DNA of 64,000 bases, taken from the NCBI RefSeq assembly GCF_035084215.1, contig NC_090343.1, positions 33,604,001 to 33,668,000 on the forward strand, read 5' to 3'. Below, in pieces: positions 1 through 13,119 of the stretch (position 1 is its first letter; each line of letters opens with the position of its first letter). The stretch comes from Heptranchias perlo (lineage: Eukaryota). The notes under the pieces were generated by a model that saw nothing but the letters and a program-made list of their open reading frames with translations, ran no database searches and had not been told where the DNA came from. The translations under genes were made by a program, and so were the position numbers.

Positions 1-440
1 CTGTGCAGAGAGATACAAAATATTTGTTTAACATCTCTGCCGTTTCCTTATTCCCCATTATAATTTCTCCAGTCTCTGCCTCTAAGGGACCCACATTTAC
101 TTTCACTAATCTCTTCCTTTATACATACTCGTAGAAGCTCTTACAATCTGCTTTTATATTTCTTGCTAGATTACTCTCATATTCTATTTTCTCCCTCTAT
201 CAATTTCTTGGTTATCTTTTGTTGATTTCTAAAACCCTCCCAATTCTCAGGCTTACTACTCTTTTTTGGCAACGTTGTAAGCCTCTTCTTTTAATATGAT
301 ACCATCCACTTTTCCTGTGGAGTTTCTATTCCTCAAGGGAACGTATATTCGTTGAGAAGTATGAATTATTTCTTTAAATGTTCACCATTGCTTATCTACC
401 ATCATATCTTTTAATCTAATTTCCCAACCACCTTAGCCAT
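1..440 (-). mobile_element. CR1 LINE ORF2 fragment (region between endonuclease and RT)
   Basis: The reverse complement encodes KRLVKVNVGPLEAETGEIIMGNKETAEMLNKYF, homologous to the CR1 ORF2 segment at ~21940-22050. Confidence 0.85.
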
Positions 441-834
441 AATTCTAAATTATAAATCTTCATTGTATCCTTTCCATGGTTCTAATAAGCTTCCTGTAAT
501 AAAGTGCCAAGAACAGCACACTATACTCCAACTGTGGACTAACCAATGTCTTATACATGTTCAACATAATATATGAAATATTACATTTATACTATATATA
601 TGCATAATTCATTTCCACTAATCCAGTGTCCAAAATGTTAATTTTATACGGCAACATTGTAGATCAAGGCATGAACCATACAGCTTTAGGTTTTACATGC
701 CTGTCATTTTTATTACCCAGCTTTCAATTATGTCACATCGGCTCTACTATGTTCAGCAGAGCTGTCGCATAATGGTTAAAAAATTAAACATGATACATAT
801 ATGCCTGGCAGTGAATTAAAGGCTGTAAATTAAC

Positions 835-1049
835 CTTATAGTTCTAGTAATGTTCATAAATGTGCTTTATGATCATTTTTACACCAGATTCTACAAAATG
901 ACGGTAGTTTTATAAAAACTGCTTCTGTTTGATTTTGAAAAATAGGTGGGTTGGTGTATGGTGCTGGAGCATATCGTGTCACAAGGTGGTAGGATACAAG
1001 TTTGGGAACAGGTCATTGCTCCTCTTTTTGGCTCGGAATGGTAAGTAGT
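835..1049 (-). other. Candidate minus-strand exon (non-coding or pseudogenic)
   Basis: Strong minus-strand acceptor (ttttctccccctctctttggattttcccag|) and donor (ataag|gttaat); all three frames contain stops. Confidence 0.35.
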
Positions 1050-4000
1050 CTGGGAAAATCCAAAGAGAGGGGGAGAAAATACATTTAAATATTTTTTTTT
1101 AAATGAAAATCTACATTTAAACCCTTAAATTGACCTACAGGGAATGAAAGATACACATTGTTAAATGTAATCATGAAATTTCAAGTATGCTGGATGACTG
1201 AAGCAATTAAGGATTGTCAGAAAACAAGCTATGAATGATTCAATCATCATGGCATTCTCACCATGTGACTATATTATCAAAATCACACAGTTCATGCCTA
1301 AATAAAATATGTATTAATTCCTCCTACTCTGCTTGTAGTCTTTTGTGAAACTATAAACAATAAATGCTACAATACTGTAAACTTTTATTTACCAAGTTAC
1401 AAATATATTACATTTTCATTTTTGAGCACAGAACAAACATATCAGCATTGAAATAACAGTACACTATGGTGCTAGCAGTGCAAAAGAGTTCAAACCATGC
1501 TATATAATATTCCACATCAGCAATTAATAAATAAAATCACTTAAAGTTAAGAACAACAAAATGCATGCCTTCAACTTCCTAACTTGTTTCATTCAATATG
1601 CATTTTGATATTTACTATATGAAAAACCCAAAATGTTAAAACTGCGACTCTGTCTATCTGATACATGTATAACACAGCAACTTGGACTATTGCTTCTACT
1701 CCCCATCTCTGGTCATGTCTACCTTCAACCAGTTTAGTTTCCTAAAGCAGCACCGTAGTCCTGGCAGTGCCAGGTACAAAATGTGGGCTACTATGGTCCT
1801 AAATACTGTTTGCTTCACCAATGTGTTGTGGAGCTAGCATAAAAGAGCTCATGCACTCAATGAAAACATAAAAAGATTTACATATTTGTTCAAATTCATT
1901 ATTGGTCCAGTGTACAGGAGACAGCTCACTTGCTATGATGGGGAGTCTGAAAGCAATTGTGTTATGCCAATTGTGCTATGCCTGAATTTCCTTGCTGTTT
2001 TACGTCTATTGATCCCTGTTCTTGAATGCATCGTGGCTCATTATAACGACTGCGCCCCCCAGGCTAAAGGGTCGCATACACAGATTTCCTGCAATTACAC
2101 TGATCCAGAACGGGTGTAAAAGTAAGCCCAGAATTTTAGGCGCAGGAGGAAGCAGTCATTTTTCTGGTGTTGTATTGCGATTTGTTGAGCAATTTTTAAA
2201 AAAAAAATCCTCACTGAGACCGGCACAGTAATTTCTGTTTCTTTGAATGCATTTTTATGCCCTCAGTACAAATCACATTCAAATTTGAAAAACTTCTGTG
2301 ATTGTATGTTCTTCAATATGCTGTGCTTAATGTGCACGAGTGATGGTTAGGTGGCTTGAAACTTTAATTCTCATATTTAAAAAAGGAACATATGGCGTGC
2401 TTTCCTCGAGCTCCAGTTGTTTCTGCTGATTTCCGCTTGTTTACACTGATTTTTATGTTCTGGCTAATACTAATACTAATTTAGGTGTGAACAGGCATCG
2501 GCAAAATGGGTGTAATCTTGGGTGTAACTTCCCGATTACATCTACTTAGCTTCATAGGTCTTTTTCAGCTTCAATCTTAGCTATTTCAATACCATTCAAT
2601 GGGTTAGTGCGTCATCTATTTTTCCTTCCAACGTGCAGCACGTTAAACTTTACGAAAGAATTGTAACAAGAAACTTACAGCTGTTATGTGTTCAGACTGT
2701 GAGCCTATCATAAATGTAGTGAATAAAGACTCAGGGCACATGTAGTTCAGAACAGTTCATTTATTACTGAAAACAACTCAAAACACCCTTCATTGCTTAT
2801 ACTAACTGGTTACTGTCTGTCACTCTCTTTCTTCTGCTGATCAAGACATGCTAGTGTCAGATATAAAATATGAAATGGATCAAGAGATCACACCTATAAT
2901 TATTCATTCTTAAGTCAGCATTTTCTTTTATTTTTCAGAAATTGTCCATCTCTGCCACAGATTTCCATTTTGCAGTGGCTCTGGAATGTCACATACCCAC
3001 TGTTTTTTTTATTAACAACCTCTCTAACTTTAAAGTCAAGTTATGATGATATGATGATTCTTATATAATGTACAGAATAATGGTACATTTAAACAAAAAA
3101 AATCCAGATGTGTATATGGTCCTTCACTGCAACTGGGCTTATGCACATCACGTGCCAAGCCAAAAGCAATTCAGAGCTGTGCACATAATTCACCCTGACC
3201 ATTCATTATTTTGTATAAATTTACCAAGTTGCATCAGTGTGAAATAATCTAGCAATTTAGATGCTTTCATTTTTTATTTGTTCTGAACAAAAACATTCCA
3301 ATGCCAAACACACATTTGTTGCAAAATAATGTAAGGCAAATGTTTAGTATTTGAAGGTCACTCAACTGAAACAGAATTTTTAGTTCAGTGCTCTGTTCAC
3401 ATTGTCAAAAACAGTGGTTGTATTGTATGTCTTTAAACTTCTTGTCTGAAACTTTATCTCACTCCTACAAACATTTTTTGTTGCCAGCTTTTGTTTCATG
3501 TTTTCATGGTACAAACAAGTATCATTCCAGTTCATTTCTGACAAAAAAAGTTATCTCAATATTTGAAAGATATAGGTGATGTTTCTTTCTGAATTTTGAA
3601 ACTGTTGCATTGTTAATTTTGTTATCCATTCTTTACACTTCTTTGGCATAGGATAGTTTGTCTCAATTTTCTACATTTTTCTTTCCTCGGCTTTTTCATT
3701 ATTGTTATGGAAATAGTGAACATCTAAAAATAATTTTAATACATTAAAAAGTGGTATAACATACTAAGTAGGTTCACATACCATAATAACCGAAAAATTC
3801 CTTCATAATGACAATTTTTTATTCTGGTTTGATACTTTATAAAGTAATTTCAATTAAAAAGAAAGCTTTTATATTAACTGCTCCAGTATTTTAGATCGTG
3901 CATTTTGGTAGGCATGTGTTGACCTTATGTGGGTTGGGTTGATGTTTTTCATTGTTGCCAATTTCTCCTGCAAGTTCGCATGTGAATTGTAATTTTTTTC

Positions 4001-4169
4001 CCCCCAAAGTGCCACTTCAACTCTAGACACAATTTGACAAGTGCTGCGGTTAACAGTGACAGCTCCACCCTTGAGCAATTGTGTTGAACTTCAGTGTGCA
4101 GGTTGCAGCTCACAGTGAAACTGGCCACTTTTGACAGGGAAACTGGTCGGTGGAAGAAAACAATAGCAC

Positions 4170-4620
4170 CTAAGTTACCTCTCCTTCCTCTGTGTGGCTG
4201 CAATCGGATCTCGGTGTACTGTGGATACTCAATCGAGAACTACAAGGTACTTATTGCAGGCAAGTCTTACCTCTTCTCGGCGGTTGTTCTGGAGAAAGAC
4301 GTGCTGCAAACTTTAAGGGCCCTCACCAAACCTATTGCGGATTTTTAAAAAAATGTACTAGAACGTGGCTGAAGTCACAATATTACCAGAAATCTTTTTT
4401 AATATGAAGATATATTTGCCTTAAAGTACGATGTTTTGCCAAAGCAAAAAAAATATATTTTCAGAAATGATTTTCTTTGTTGGGAACAAAAATATTAATA
4501 TTGTATTGTCAGTAATCGGTTTTTGAAGTACAATAGCGTCACTTTTTCATGAACTTTCGAGTGTTGAACAAGTGCAAGAGGCGTTCCTTGTGCACATGCG
4601 CAGAAGTATTTAGCCGTGGT
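4170..4620. promoter_or_regulatory. CpG-enriched promoter-like segment with NRF1-like motif
   Basis: Local CpG excess in AT-rich flanks; TGCACATGCGCA at 4591-4602; minus-strand donors GAG|gtaaga (exon end 4271) and GAG|gtaact (exon end 4179). Confidence 0.35.
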
Positions 4621-5095
4621 TCATTTTTCAAGTCCTGACTGGTTGGATGTGGATTGTGTTTAGGGTGGTGCTGTCTTTCTGCAATAACTCAACAAATTAC
4701 TCTCGAAGGTGTAGGCTTAAGTGACTGGAATGTTACATAGTTTAACCTTAATTTGTCTATAATTGGTATTTATTAAACTGCTTTTATAAATAGCAATGAA
4801 ACTTCATAATTACCACTTGTGGTTGGAGGGACACCAAAAGACAGATGAACTGACTTTTTTAAGGATTAAAAAAAATGTAAATTGTTTTCAGATAAGGGGG
4901 AGGGTGTATTCTGAGTAAAATATAGGAAAACACAGAGTCACGAGTTTGTTGCAGTTTCCACTGCTAGCACCAATGGAGGTTAGCACTAAAAGGAACAGAA
5001 AATCAAAAAATAAGCACCAGCAGGTTAAGCTGTGGAAAAGAAACTTGTAAACAATTTTACAACACCAAGTTATAGTCCAGCAATTTTATTTTAAA

Positions 5096-5134
5096 TTCAC
5101 AAGCTTTCGGAGGCTTCCTCCTTCCTCAGGTGAA
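5096..5134 (-). ncRNA. Minimal type I hammerhead ribozyme motif (PLE pLTR)
   Basis: Reverse complement of 5175-5213. Confidence 0.75.
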
Positions 5135-5174
5135 CGTTATTGGAAAATTACTTTATAAAGTTTTTCCAACAACG

Positions 5175-5213
5175 TTCACCTGAGGAAGGAGGAAGCCTCC
5201 GAAAGCTTGTGAA
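5175..5213 (+). ncRNA. Minimal type I hammerhead ribozyme motif (PLE pLTR)
   Basis: TTCAC-CTGAGGA-A-GGAGG(AAG)CCTCC-GAAA-GCTT-GTGAA: stem I TTCAC/GTGAA, CUGANGA and GAAA core boxes, stem II hairpin, palindromic AGCU stem III. Confidence 0.8.
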
Positions 5214-6099
5214 TTTAAAATAAAATTGCTGGACTATAACTTGGTGTTGCAAAATTGTTTACAATTGTCAACCCCAGTCCATCACCGGCATCTCCACATC
5301 ATGGCTACCATCGAAAAGAAACTTGTTAGCACTAATATTCTCATTGTTAAACAATGGGCAATAAAATAATGCCATTTAAGGGCTTGGCAATGACTCTTAG
5401 CACCAATTAGCAATGTTTCCTTTTCATTGCAATTAATTATCTCCATTGCCACCTCATTACTCCAGACCTGAGTTATTGGCATCTTCGAGATATGTAAATA
5501 TGTTGGTTAGCAGTATAGCAGCAATATTTGCTATCTTCTATTGCTGAAGGAGCAGCAAGAGTGAAGGCTTCATAGAAGACTCACGGGCACTTATGCAAAC
5601 TACTTCCAGCTCAAGAAGTAGCCACCTGTCCATAATGAAAAATCTAAGGCTCTCCAGGAAGATGGCTGCTGATCCCAGCCATCTCCTGAAGGATGAGCTT
5701 TAGGCAGAGTCTTCAATCAGCACTAGCCTCTCTGGTGCCAAGGTAGCAACAGCTCTGTTTATATGCCACTTGTTTCCGGTCCCAATAGAGTCCTATTTTA
5801 ATATACATGTGGTATGAAAGCAAATACTTTAGACTGCGTATGTTAATGCCTGCTTCTCAAGGAGTTCCCATAATTCATACATTCTCCAAAAACCCAACAT
5901 TACTGAGCTTTTTTGAGGGGTGGAAGGAAGGCTTGATGGCTAGATGTTAATGGCTATGTCTTGCTCCAGTGGTTCATGATATTTCTGCATAACTGGCATA
6001 CCAGGGCATAAGTCTATTACAAAGGCACCCATAGCTGGCCCAGAGTGCTGATCAAGTACTGAAGTGGTGCTTCAGCACCACTACTTGGACTACTTTATC

Positions 6100-6826
6100 C
6101 CCCTCCCCAGCCACTCATCTCAGGCTGAACCAGACTGTTCGCAACTTAAGCATCCTAAGCAGCCCCAAGCTCAGATTCTGATCCCATATCCTTTCTATCA
6201 AAAAGACAACTTTTTTCCACCTCTGTAAAATCTCCTGCCTTTGCCCCTGCCTTGCCCCATTTGCCACTGAAAGCCTCATCCATACCTTTGTCACCGCCAG
6301 ACCTAATTTTTATGCTGTCAAGCCTGGCATTTTATCCTCCACCCTCCATAAACTTGAGCTAATACAAAACTTAGCTGCTGTATTCCATCAGACTCAAGTC
6401 CTGCTCACCCATGTCCTTGCTGACTTACGTTAGCTCCTGGCCAGTCATCGCCTGAAATTAAAGTTCTCATCTTTATGTTTCTATCCCTTCATGGACTTGC
6501 CGCATCTTTTTGTAACCCCCACCAAATTTTCCACTCCTCTGACTGTGGCCTTTTCTGCATCCTCCCCTCCCTTTGCCATCCATTAGTGGCCGTACCTTCA
6601 GCCACCTAGGCCCATACTCTGGAATTCCTTCCCTAAACCCCTCCACCTCCCCCACTCTGCCTGCTTAAGACTCTCCTTAAAAACCACCTCTTTGTCCAAG
6701 TTTTTAGTCACCCCTCCTAATACCTTCTTCATTGGCTCGGCGTCTATTTTTGATTATGCCTCCGTGAAGTTCCTTGGGATGTTTTTCCTATGTTAATGGT
6801 GCTATATAAAAGCATTTGTTGTTGTT
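6100..6826 (+). mobile_element. L2 LINE 3' fragment
   Basis: Homologous to 13800-14470; ends in GCTATATAAA...(GTT)n tail. Confidence 0.75.
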
Positions 6827-6913
6827 TAGTGATTCATTGATGAATGCTCCTGAGAACGTTAACAAAATAATTATGGTCTGTTGCAATCACTATAATATCA
6901 CCATTGATAAGAT

Positions 6914-7365
6914 TAGAAAGAAAGAACTTGCATTTATATAGCACCCTTCTTGACCACAAAGTGTCCCAGAGCACTTCACAGCGAATGAAGTACTTTTATA
7001 GTCACTGTTGTACTAGGGAATTGCAGCAGCCAATATGTGCACAGCAAGGTCCCACAAACAGCAATGAAATAAATGATCAGATGAGCTGTTTTTGGTGGTG
7101 TTGATTGAGGGATAGATGTTGGTCAAGGCATCGGGAGAACTCCCCTGCTCTTCTTTGAAAAGTGGCATGGGATCTTTTCCATCTGAGAGAGCAGATGAGG
7201 TCTCAGTTTAACATTTCATCCAAAGGTAGCATCTCCAATAGTCCAGCATTCCCTCAGAATTGCACTGAAGTGTCAGCCTAGATTATCTGGTCAAGTCTCT
7301 GGTGTGGGGCTTGAACCCATGACCCTCTGACTCATAAGCAAGAGTCCTATCACTAAGCTAAGTCT
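6914..7365 (-). mobile_element. tRNA-headed Deu-domain SINE (SacSINE1/AmnSINE-like)
   Basis: tRNA-like head with B-box GGTTCAAGCCC on the minus strand near 7310; body TGCTGTTTGTGGGACCTTGCTGTG; L2-like tail ending (TTTC)n. Confidence 0.75.
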
Positions 7366-7369
7366 AGCA

Positions 7370-8460
7370 TTGCAAGATATGAAGAAGGCCCTTCAACCAT
7401 TTGATTTCAGCTTTCCAGAATACCAATTTTAACATCTGCCCATTACAGCACCTAGTGGTTTCTTAAATGAGTCCAGTGTCCTGGTCTCAACCACCATGGC
7501 AACCTGTTTCAGCCTTTGATCACCCTCTTTTTAAAAAAAAATACTTCCTGAAATCTGTCCTAACTTGCCAATTACAACATCTGGATTTCTTGTGTTGTTG
7601 CTCTGACATAGCTGAAAGTGATATTTTGGTTTACTTTTTATATCCTACTGAGAATCACATTTCTCTATAAGATTGCTACTGAAATGGCTCAGTGATGGTG
7701 AAAGACCCTAGATAATCAAATTGCTTCTCAGAGACCTCTCTCCTGCACTGGGGATCAGACTCATTGTTATCTTCTTCACTGCCCTAGAACCTGGATGGCT
7801 ATCTTATGTTATCGTGACCAGAACTGTATGCAGTACTTCAGCTGCAATCTGACCAGGGCAATATATTGTTTCAGCTTGACTTCTGGGGATTTAAACTCAA
7901 CTAATTTAGAATATAACACAGCATCATACTTGCTTTACTGCTGCCCTTCACATTGTTTAGGCATGGTGAGTGACCAGTCAACTAACACTCCTAGGTCTCT
8001 CTCAACTTCCCCCTTGGCAATATCCAGTCCATCCGTGGAGTAGATATGCCTCTTATTTTTACTTCCAATATGCAGTACCTTGTAGTTGCTAAGTTGAACT
8101 TCTACTGATCAGTACAGGTCCAAATGCTCAAATGCTGTTGAGCTATCTTGTAAATTCTAGGCCATTTATGTTCTAAATTGGATAGCCAGGTGGTGAAGAA
8201 TAGAATACTAGCACCTAATCTTCAGTTGCTTCCAAGCCTTTATTCACAGAGTTCCACATTACACCCACTACACCCTAGATCAGCTCTCTTATAAATGGAT
8301 ACATGAGCATTCCCAATTAATACGCCCCACTTGAATACAATTAACACTAATTGATATAAATCACATGGATAAAATTAACAATTTAGGTATACCAGGAACA
8401 AACAGGATCTCAGCACAATGCCTGTGGCGCATCACTCAACATTTCTTTCTATTGTGACAT
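7370..8460 (-). mobile_element. Old decayed CR1 3' region interrupted by a solo LTR
   Basis: CCAGAACTGTATGCAGTACTTCAG (CVQFW motif, reverse) and other RT C-terminal remnants. Confidence 0.55.
8169..8380 (-). mobile_element. Solo LTR (212 bp)
   Basis: TGTT...AACA termini; 5-bp TSD ATTTA at 8164-8168 and 8381-8385; TATA-like and AATAAA motifs on the minus strand. Confidence 0.75.
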
Positions 8461-9894
8461 GGCAATAGCCTGCAGTTGCCCAATGATCTGGATGGACTAC
8501 AATAGGAGGACGATGAGGAACATCCGTCTGCTGAGCATGCCAACATTTATTCTGCATTCATATGTTTCTCACTGTGCATCTAGTTTGTGTATTATTGTTT
8601 CTCTGCCTACTCTGCATGTGCAGAACTGTGATGGTGTGATAAGATAGTATTAATGTGCAAAGATTTTTATGGCTAATAATGGAAATAGTTTCAACAAGCT
8701 TACAAGTGGGATGGTTTTACTGTTATTGTGGATACTACCATGATCTTGTGGTCTGAATGTTACTTCAGTCCTAATCTACATCTAGTTGTTGTAATTCCCA
8801 GGGGTATACCTGGGCTTGGTGGCTATAATGCAGAGGGCCCTCTGTTGATCAATTCTGATGCAACAGGATAAGTCCCAGGAGTTTTGTCAAGTGTCACTCC
8901 AACATCCTAGGGTCTGAGATGTCTTCCATTGACAATTGTGCTGAGTTTGGTGTTGACACAGGACTGCCACCAACATGACCTCCATCTCGCCTCACATTGT
9001 TGGAGGATATGGGCTAACGATGTGCACTCGTCTGCTTCAGCACAATATGATCCATCTATCATCCCTCCTACATGTTTAGCTCTGCTGTTGCACGATAACT
9101 TGGCCTAGAAGAAACAAAAAATATAGTTGTGCAAAATGGTGATCAGGAAAGGTACACAGATGCAGTTGTTTCAAATGCATGGGGAAGTCATAGATAGGTA
9201 TTTAGATTCACAGGATGTGTGCCATTTATATTCTGCTGTGCCAAATCAAACATAGCGTATACCCATTCATTCACAGCATTTCAAACACAGGATGTAAATG
9301 ACAGTAGATGCACATACAGTACACTGATATGCAGCTGCTTTCACTATTTTTGAGATTTATAAGGTAGTGTGTGATTTTGTTATAATGGCAGCCTTTACAA
9401 TGGCAGCTGGATTGATTTGCCCCTTATGTTTGGTTAGCACTCTGTCGAGCATTTGCACACCATATTTGGCTCAAGCTGTGATAGCAACACGACATATACA
9501 TTACAAGCAGCTTCCAATATATGGTCACAATCCCTATCTCTCCTTTTATATAGTGTTTAACTATTATTGTTACCTTACCTTTGTAGGCTTCCATAGGTTA
9601 TTAAATTCCTTGGACAGTTCATCCATGTCCAAGGGGTTAGGGATGCCATTCAACTTCCCAGCAACATCTTGCCATGCATAGTGCCACTTGACCTTCATGG
9701 TAATCTAAAAGATCAGTCCACCTCTCCAAAACCCCATCAACTAATTATGAAAGAGCCTGACAGTAAAATAAACTTTTATTCTGCAGTCCTGTGCCACAGT
9801 TTCTGCTGAATTCCACCCTCCACAGCACTGTTCACCTTTGCAGTTGCTAGTTAAATGGCTATTAAACCACTTACGAATTGTACAACCCACATGA

Positions 9895-10330
9895 TCATAG
9901 TGTCCTGGCCAATATTGATCGCTTAACCAGCACACTAAAACAGATTCGATTCATTTATCTCATTGCTGTTTGTGGGATCTTGCTGTGTGCAAATTGGCTG
10001 CTGCATTTCCCTACATTACAACAGTGATAACACTTTAAACCTACTTCATTGGCTGTGAAGCACTTTGGGCTGGAATTCCCTCCCTAAACCTCTCCGCCTT
10101 TCTACCTCTCTCTCCTCCTTTAAGACGCTCCTTAAAACCTACCTCTTCGACCGAACTTTTGGTCACCTGCCCTAATATCTCCTTATGTGGCTTGGTGTCA
10201 AATTTTGTTTAATAACGCGCCTGATGAAGCGCCTTGGGATGTTTTACTATGTTAAAGGCGCTATATAAATGCAAGTTGCTGTTGTTGTTGTTGTCATGAA
10301 AAGCACTACATAAATGCAAATCTTTCATTT
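9895..10330 (+). mobile_element. Deu-SINE 3' part split by an L2 3'-end insertion (~10070-10293)
   Basis: The SINE tail ...GAAGCACTTTGGG resumes as TCATGAAAAGCACTACATAAATGCAA after an L2 end with a (GTT)n tail. Confidence 0.7.
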
Positions 10331-10589
10331 TTCTTTAATTTGGAACTGTCCAGCATTATGTTTAATTCCAATATTATTTATATTCCAATATTGTTTCCAG
10401 TGGAAAACATGGGACATATAATCATGTTAGAATGCTGAAGAATTTCAGCATTAATTAAGTCAAAAATTTACATTATTAGGACTGAAGAAATAAAAACAGA
10501 AAAGTTATCCTCAAGAAGTTGAGATGACAGAAACCTCGAGCGGGAAGTAAGAGCAATTTATCAATGATGTCTCAACACCAATGTCCTGG

Positions 10590-10838
10590 TGGCACCATCA
10601 CTTCAAAGTCCCTCTCCAAGTCCTACACCATCCTAACTTGGACAAATATCATTGTTCCTTCATCGTCACTGGGTCAATATCCTGGAATTCCCTACCTAAC
10701 ACCATCACGGGAGCACCCTCACCACGAGGACTGCAGCAGTTCAAGAAGGCCCACCACCATCTTCTCAGAACAACTAGGAATGGGCAATACATGCTGCCTT
10801 GCCAGCATCACCCATATCCTGAGAACAAATTTTTAAAA
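10590..10838 (+). mobile_element. LINE 3' end (common shark family, clade unassigned)
   Basis: WNSLP-encoding end and GGACTGCAGCAGTTCAAGAAGGC; same family as 27905-28060. Confidence 0.7.
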
Positions 10839-13119
10839 ACAAGTAGTGTTACTGCCTTGAATCATATTCTAGAGAGTGTTACTCTGTTCAGCATATAGAA
10901 TAAAAAATATGATTTCTATTTTATTAGTCCATAGAATGCTATGATAGTGAATGATGGACAGCCGGTCAGGCTTGTATACCACGTGATTAGGAAAGCAGTG
11001 GTACTGTACCAGGTGATTAGTTCAGCAATGGTATTGTGATTTATTTTTCAAGCTGATACAGGGAAATACCATAGCTTTTATATATTACTAGCAAATCTCC
11101 CATGGCATAGATTGTGATAATTTGGGTGACACGCTGTTTTCTAATGACGGGAGAATTATACCATGTAACCAGTTTACAACTTACATTTAGTAGCCCCAAT
11201 AATATTTGAACAACAGCAGAATTGTTGGGCTCGTATCAATTCAAACTCTGCTTCCACATTAAAAATAAAACTGGTACTCTTCAAGGGAGAAGAGAAGTCT
11301 GAGTTCCCCCCCCCCAAAATATTTACCCCTTTTATAGAGAAAAATAACATCCTCAGCAAAATTTAAAATAAAACAAAGATTTTTCTCAGCTGTTGGAACA
11401 CTTGAAGTGTTTGTCCTCCACTGATGGAGTGGCTTCATTGCAAACAACAGGCGCCTTGAGTTCAGACCAGCCTGAGGGCTGCTGCTGTGTTGAGACCCCA
11501 GGAACCTATGCATCTGTGTGTGCCTCCTGGCAATTATGAAAATAGATTTTTTTTTTAAAACCCTGAAACAATGTTTGGGAAGTATACTATTTTTCTTTAT
11601 GAATATAGTGAGTGCTTTGAATAAAAAGTATCCCCCTATCTTCTTCCTTTCATTTGGCATTGCTTGTAATAATAGCTGCCACTTAAAATATATAAAACTT
11701 CTTATTTTTCAAAAAAAGTTCCAGTAATCCTACTATCTTGCCAGGTCACCATTTTTGTAATGTGGACATACTGAACAGATTGCAATTGCATTTTGTTTCT
11801 CGTTTGTGACTCTGATCCCATTTCTGAAACAATCTCAAATGACAGTCACTGCCACAGCTGTCCCATCTGCTGATCTGGAGCAAGGCAAGACCAGCTCAGT
11901 TGCAGCAACTTTAAACAAAGAAAAAACAGAGGAAGCTGAGGATATTAAGTGCAAAGTATACTGGTAGACAAATATCTGGTTAAGAATTGAACTGGAGGTT
12001 ATTGAGATAAGTATAGGTGATTAAATACACCATGGAACACAATAGTTCCTGTGGTGCTGGGACCATGGAATGTGATTGGTCCCATTAAGCTTCAGGGAGG
12101 AATTCAGTGTGTTAATATTTTGTAAGTTTCCCTTTGATTATTCATCTACCTCAGGAGATTTTGATTCGGTAAGCAGGGCAAAGTCCATAATAGTGCAAAC
12201 TGTACATGGTCTGCGGAAGCAATGGGTTTCATGAACTAAATAACTTAATCTTGTGTCAAACTCTCTTTTGTGCTTATGCTCAATAACATGAATGAAAAGA
12301 AGAAAACACTTCATATGGTAAATGAGCAAAAATACTTGGTTCAAAATGAAGTGGCACTTGTAAATATTATTTTCAGAAAGACTTTGACCATCAATGAATG
12401 CAAAAAGTATGCAAACAAGTTGAGAATCTTTTCATGATTCATCTAGCAGGAATGGCTTATTGATAGTGTAAATTCTACACCTCTGTGTACCTTAACTTTG
12501 TAAATTTAACTAAATCACTTCAAACACTTGGGAAGCTAGCCTTTCAGTGATGAAACATTTTAATGTTTAAGTTACGTTTTAAAAAGGATGTACTGCAAAC
12601 CATTTACCAAAAGCCAAAATGAATTCTGTTTTACTGGTACCACTCTGTCTCGTTTTATTTAATGGTGTTCAGTTAGAGACTGTGACCCACTATAGTTTTA
12701 CCTTTGGAAACCAATATTTGAATGCAGCACAGAGAAAAAGCAAGTAAGTCATCCTCTCTGTTGTTGCTGTTTGCAAATAAGCCTGAATCCAATTTGCAGT
12801 AGAAATTTCACAATTTTTTACTCTAAAATGGCATTTGTAGAATCTGTATTCCTTTATTGATATTAGCAGTAGTATTACTAATATGTAAATTAAAAATCTA
12901 TTCTATCCTTTCATCACTGCCACCCTGCCACCTTCCCAGTGGGTCAGTTGATAAATGCACTGAATGGTGTGGCACTAAGCCATACAATCTGAGAAGTTCC
13001 CAGGTTTGATGCCAGGAAAGTGAAAATAAATGGATTAGAAATTTATTAGAGCAATGTAACAAAAACAGAATAGTAACTGAATAAAGCTGTTTTAATTTTA
13101 TACAGCAGTCTCAGTTCTC

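Larger units (their letters stand above)
5046..5312. mobile_element. Penelope-like element fold-back mini-insertion (inverted pLTR pair plus tail)
   Basis: Near-perfect palindrome centred on CTTTATAAAG (5151-5160); arms match the 3' end of the PLE at 47814-50307; TSD GAAAAGAAACTTGT at 5035-5048 and 5313-5326. Confidence 0.9.

Noticed and set aside
945-1040. Plus-strand exon ending in ATG|gtaagt
   Set aside because: Weak acceptor, no recognisable peptide and no partner exons.
4094-4348. PFDN4 or CYP24A1 exon expected from synteny
   Set aside because: Minus-strand ATT GCA GCC ACA CAG AGG AAG faintly resembles PFDN4 MAATMKK but has no ATG and the wrong phase; no P450 motifs seen.
7290-7365. 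tRNA genes at SINE heads (also 14483, 40883)
   Set aside because: Only A/B boxes remain, no full cloverleaf, and they are attached to SINE bodies.
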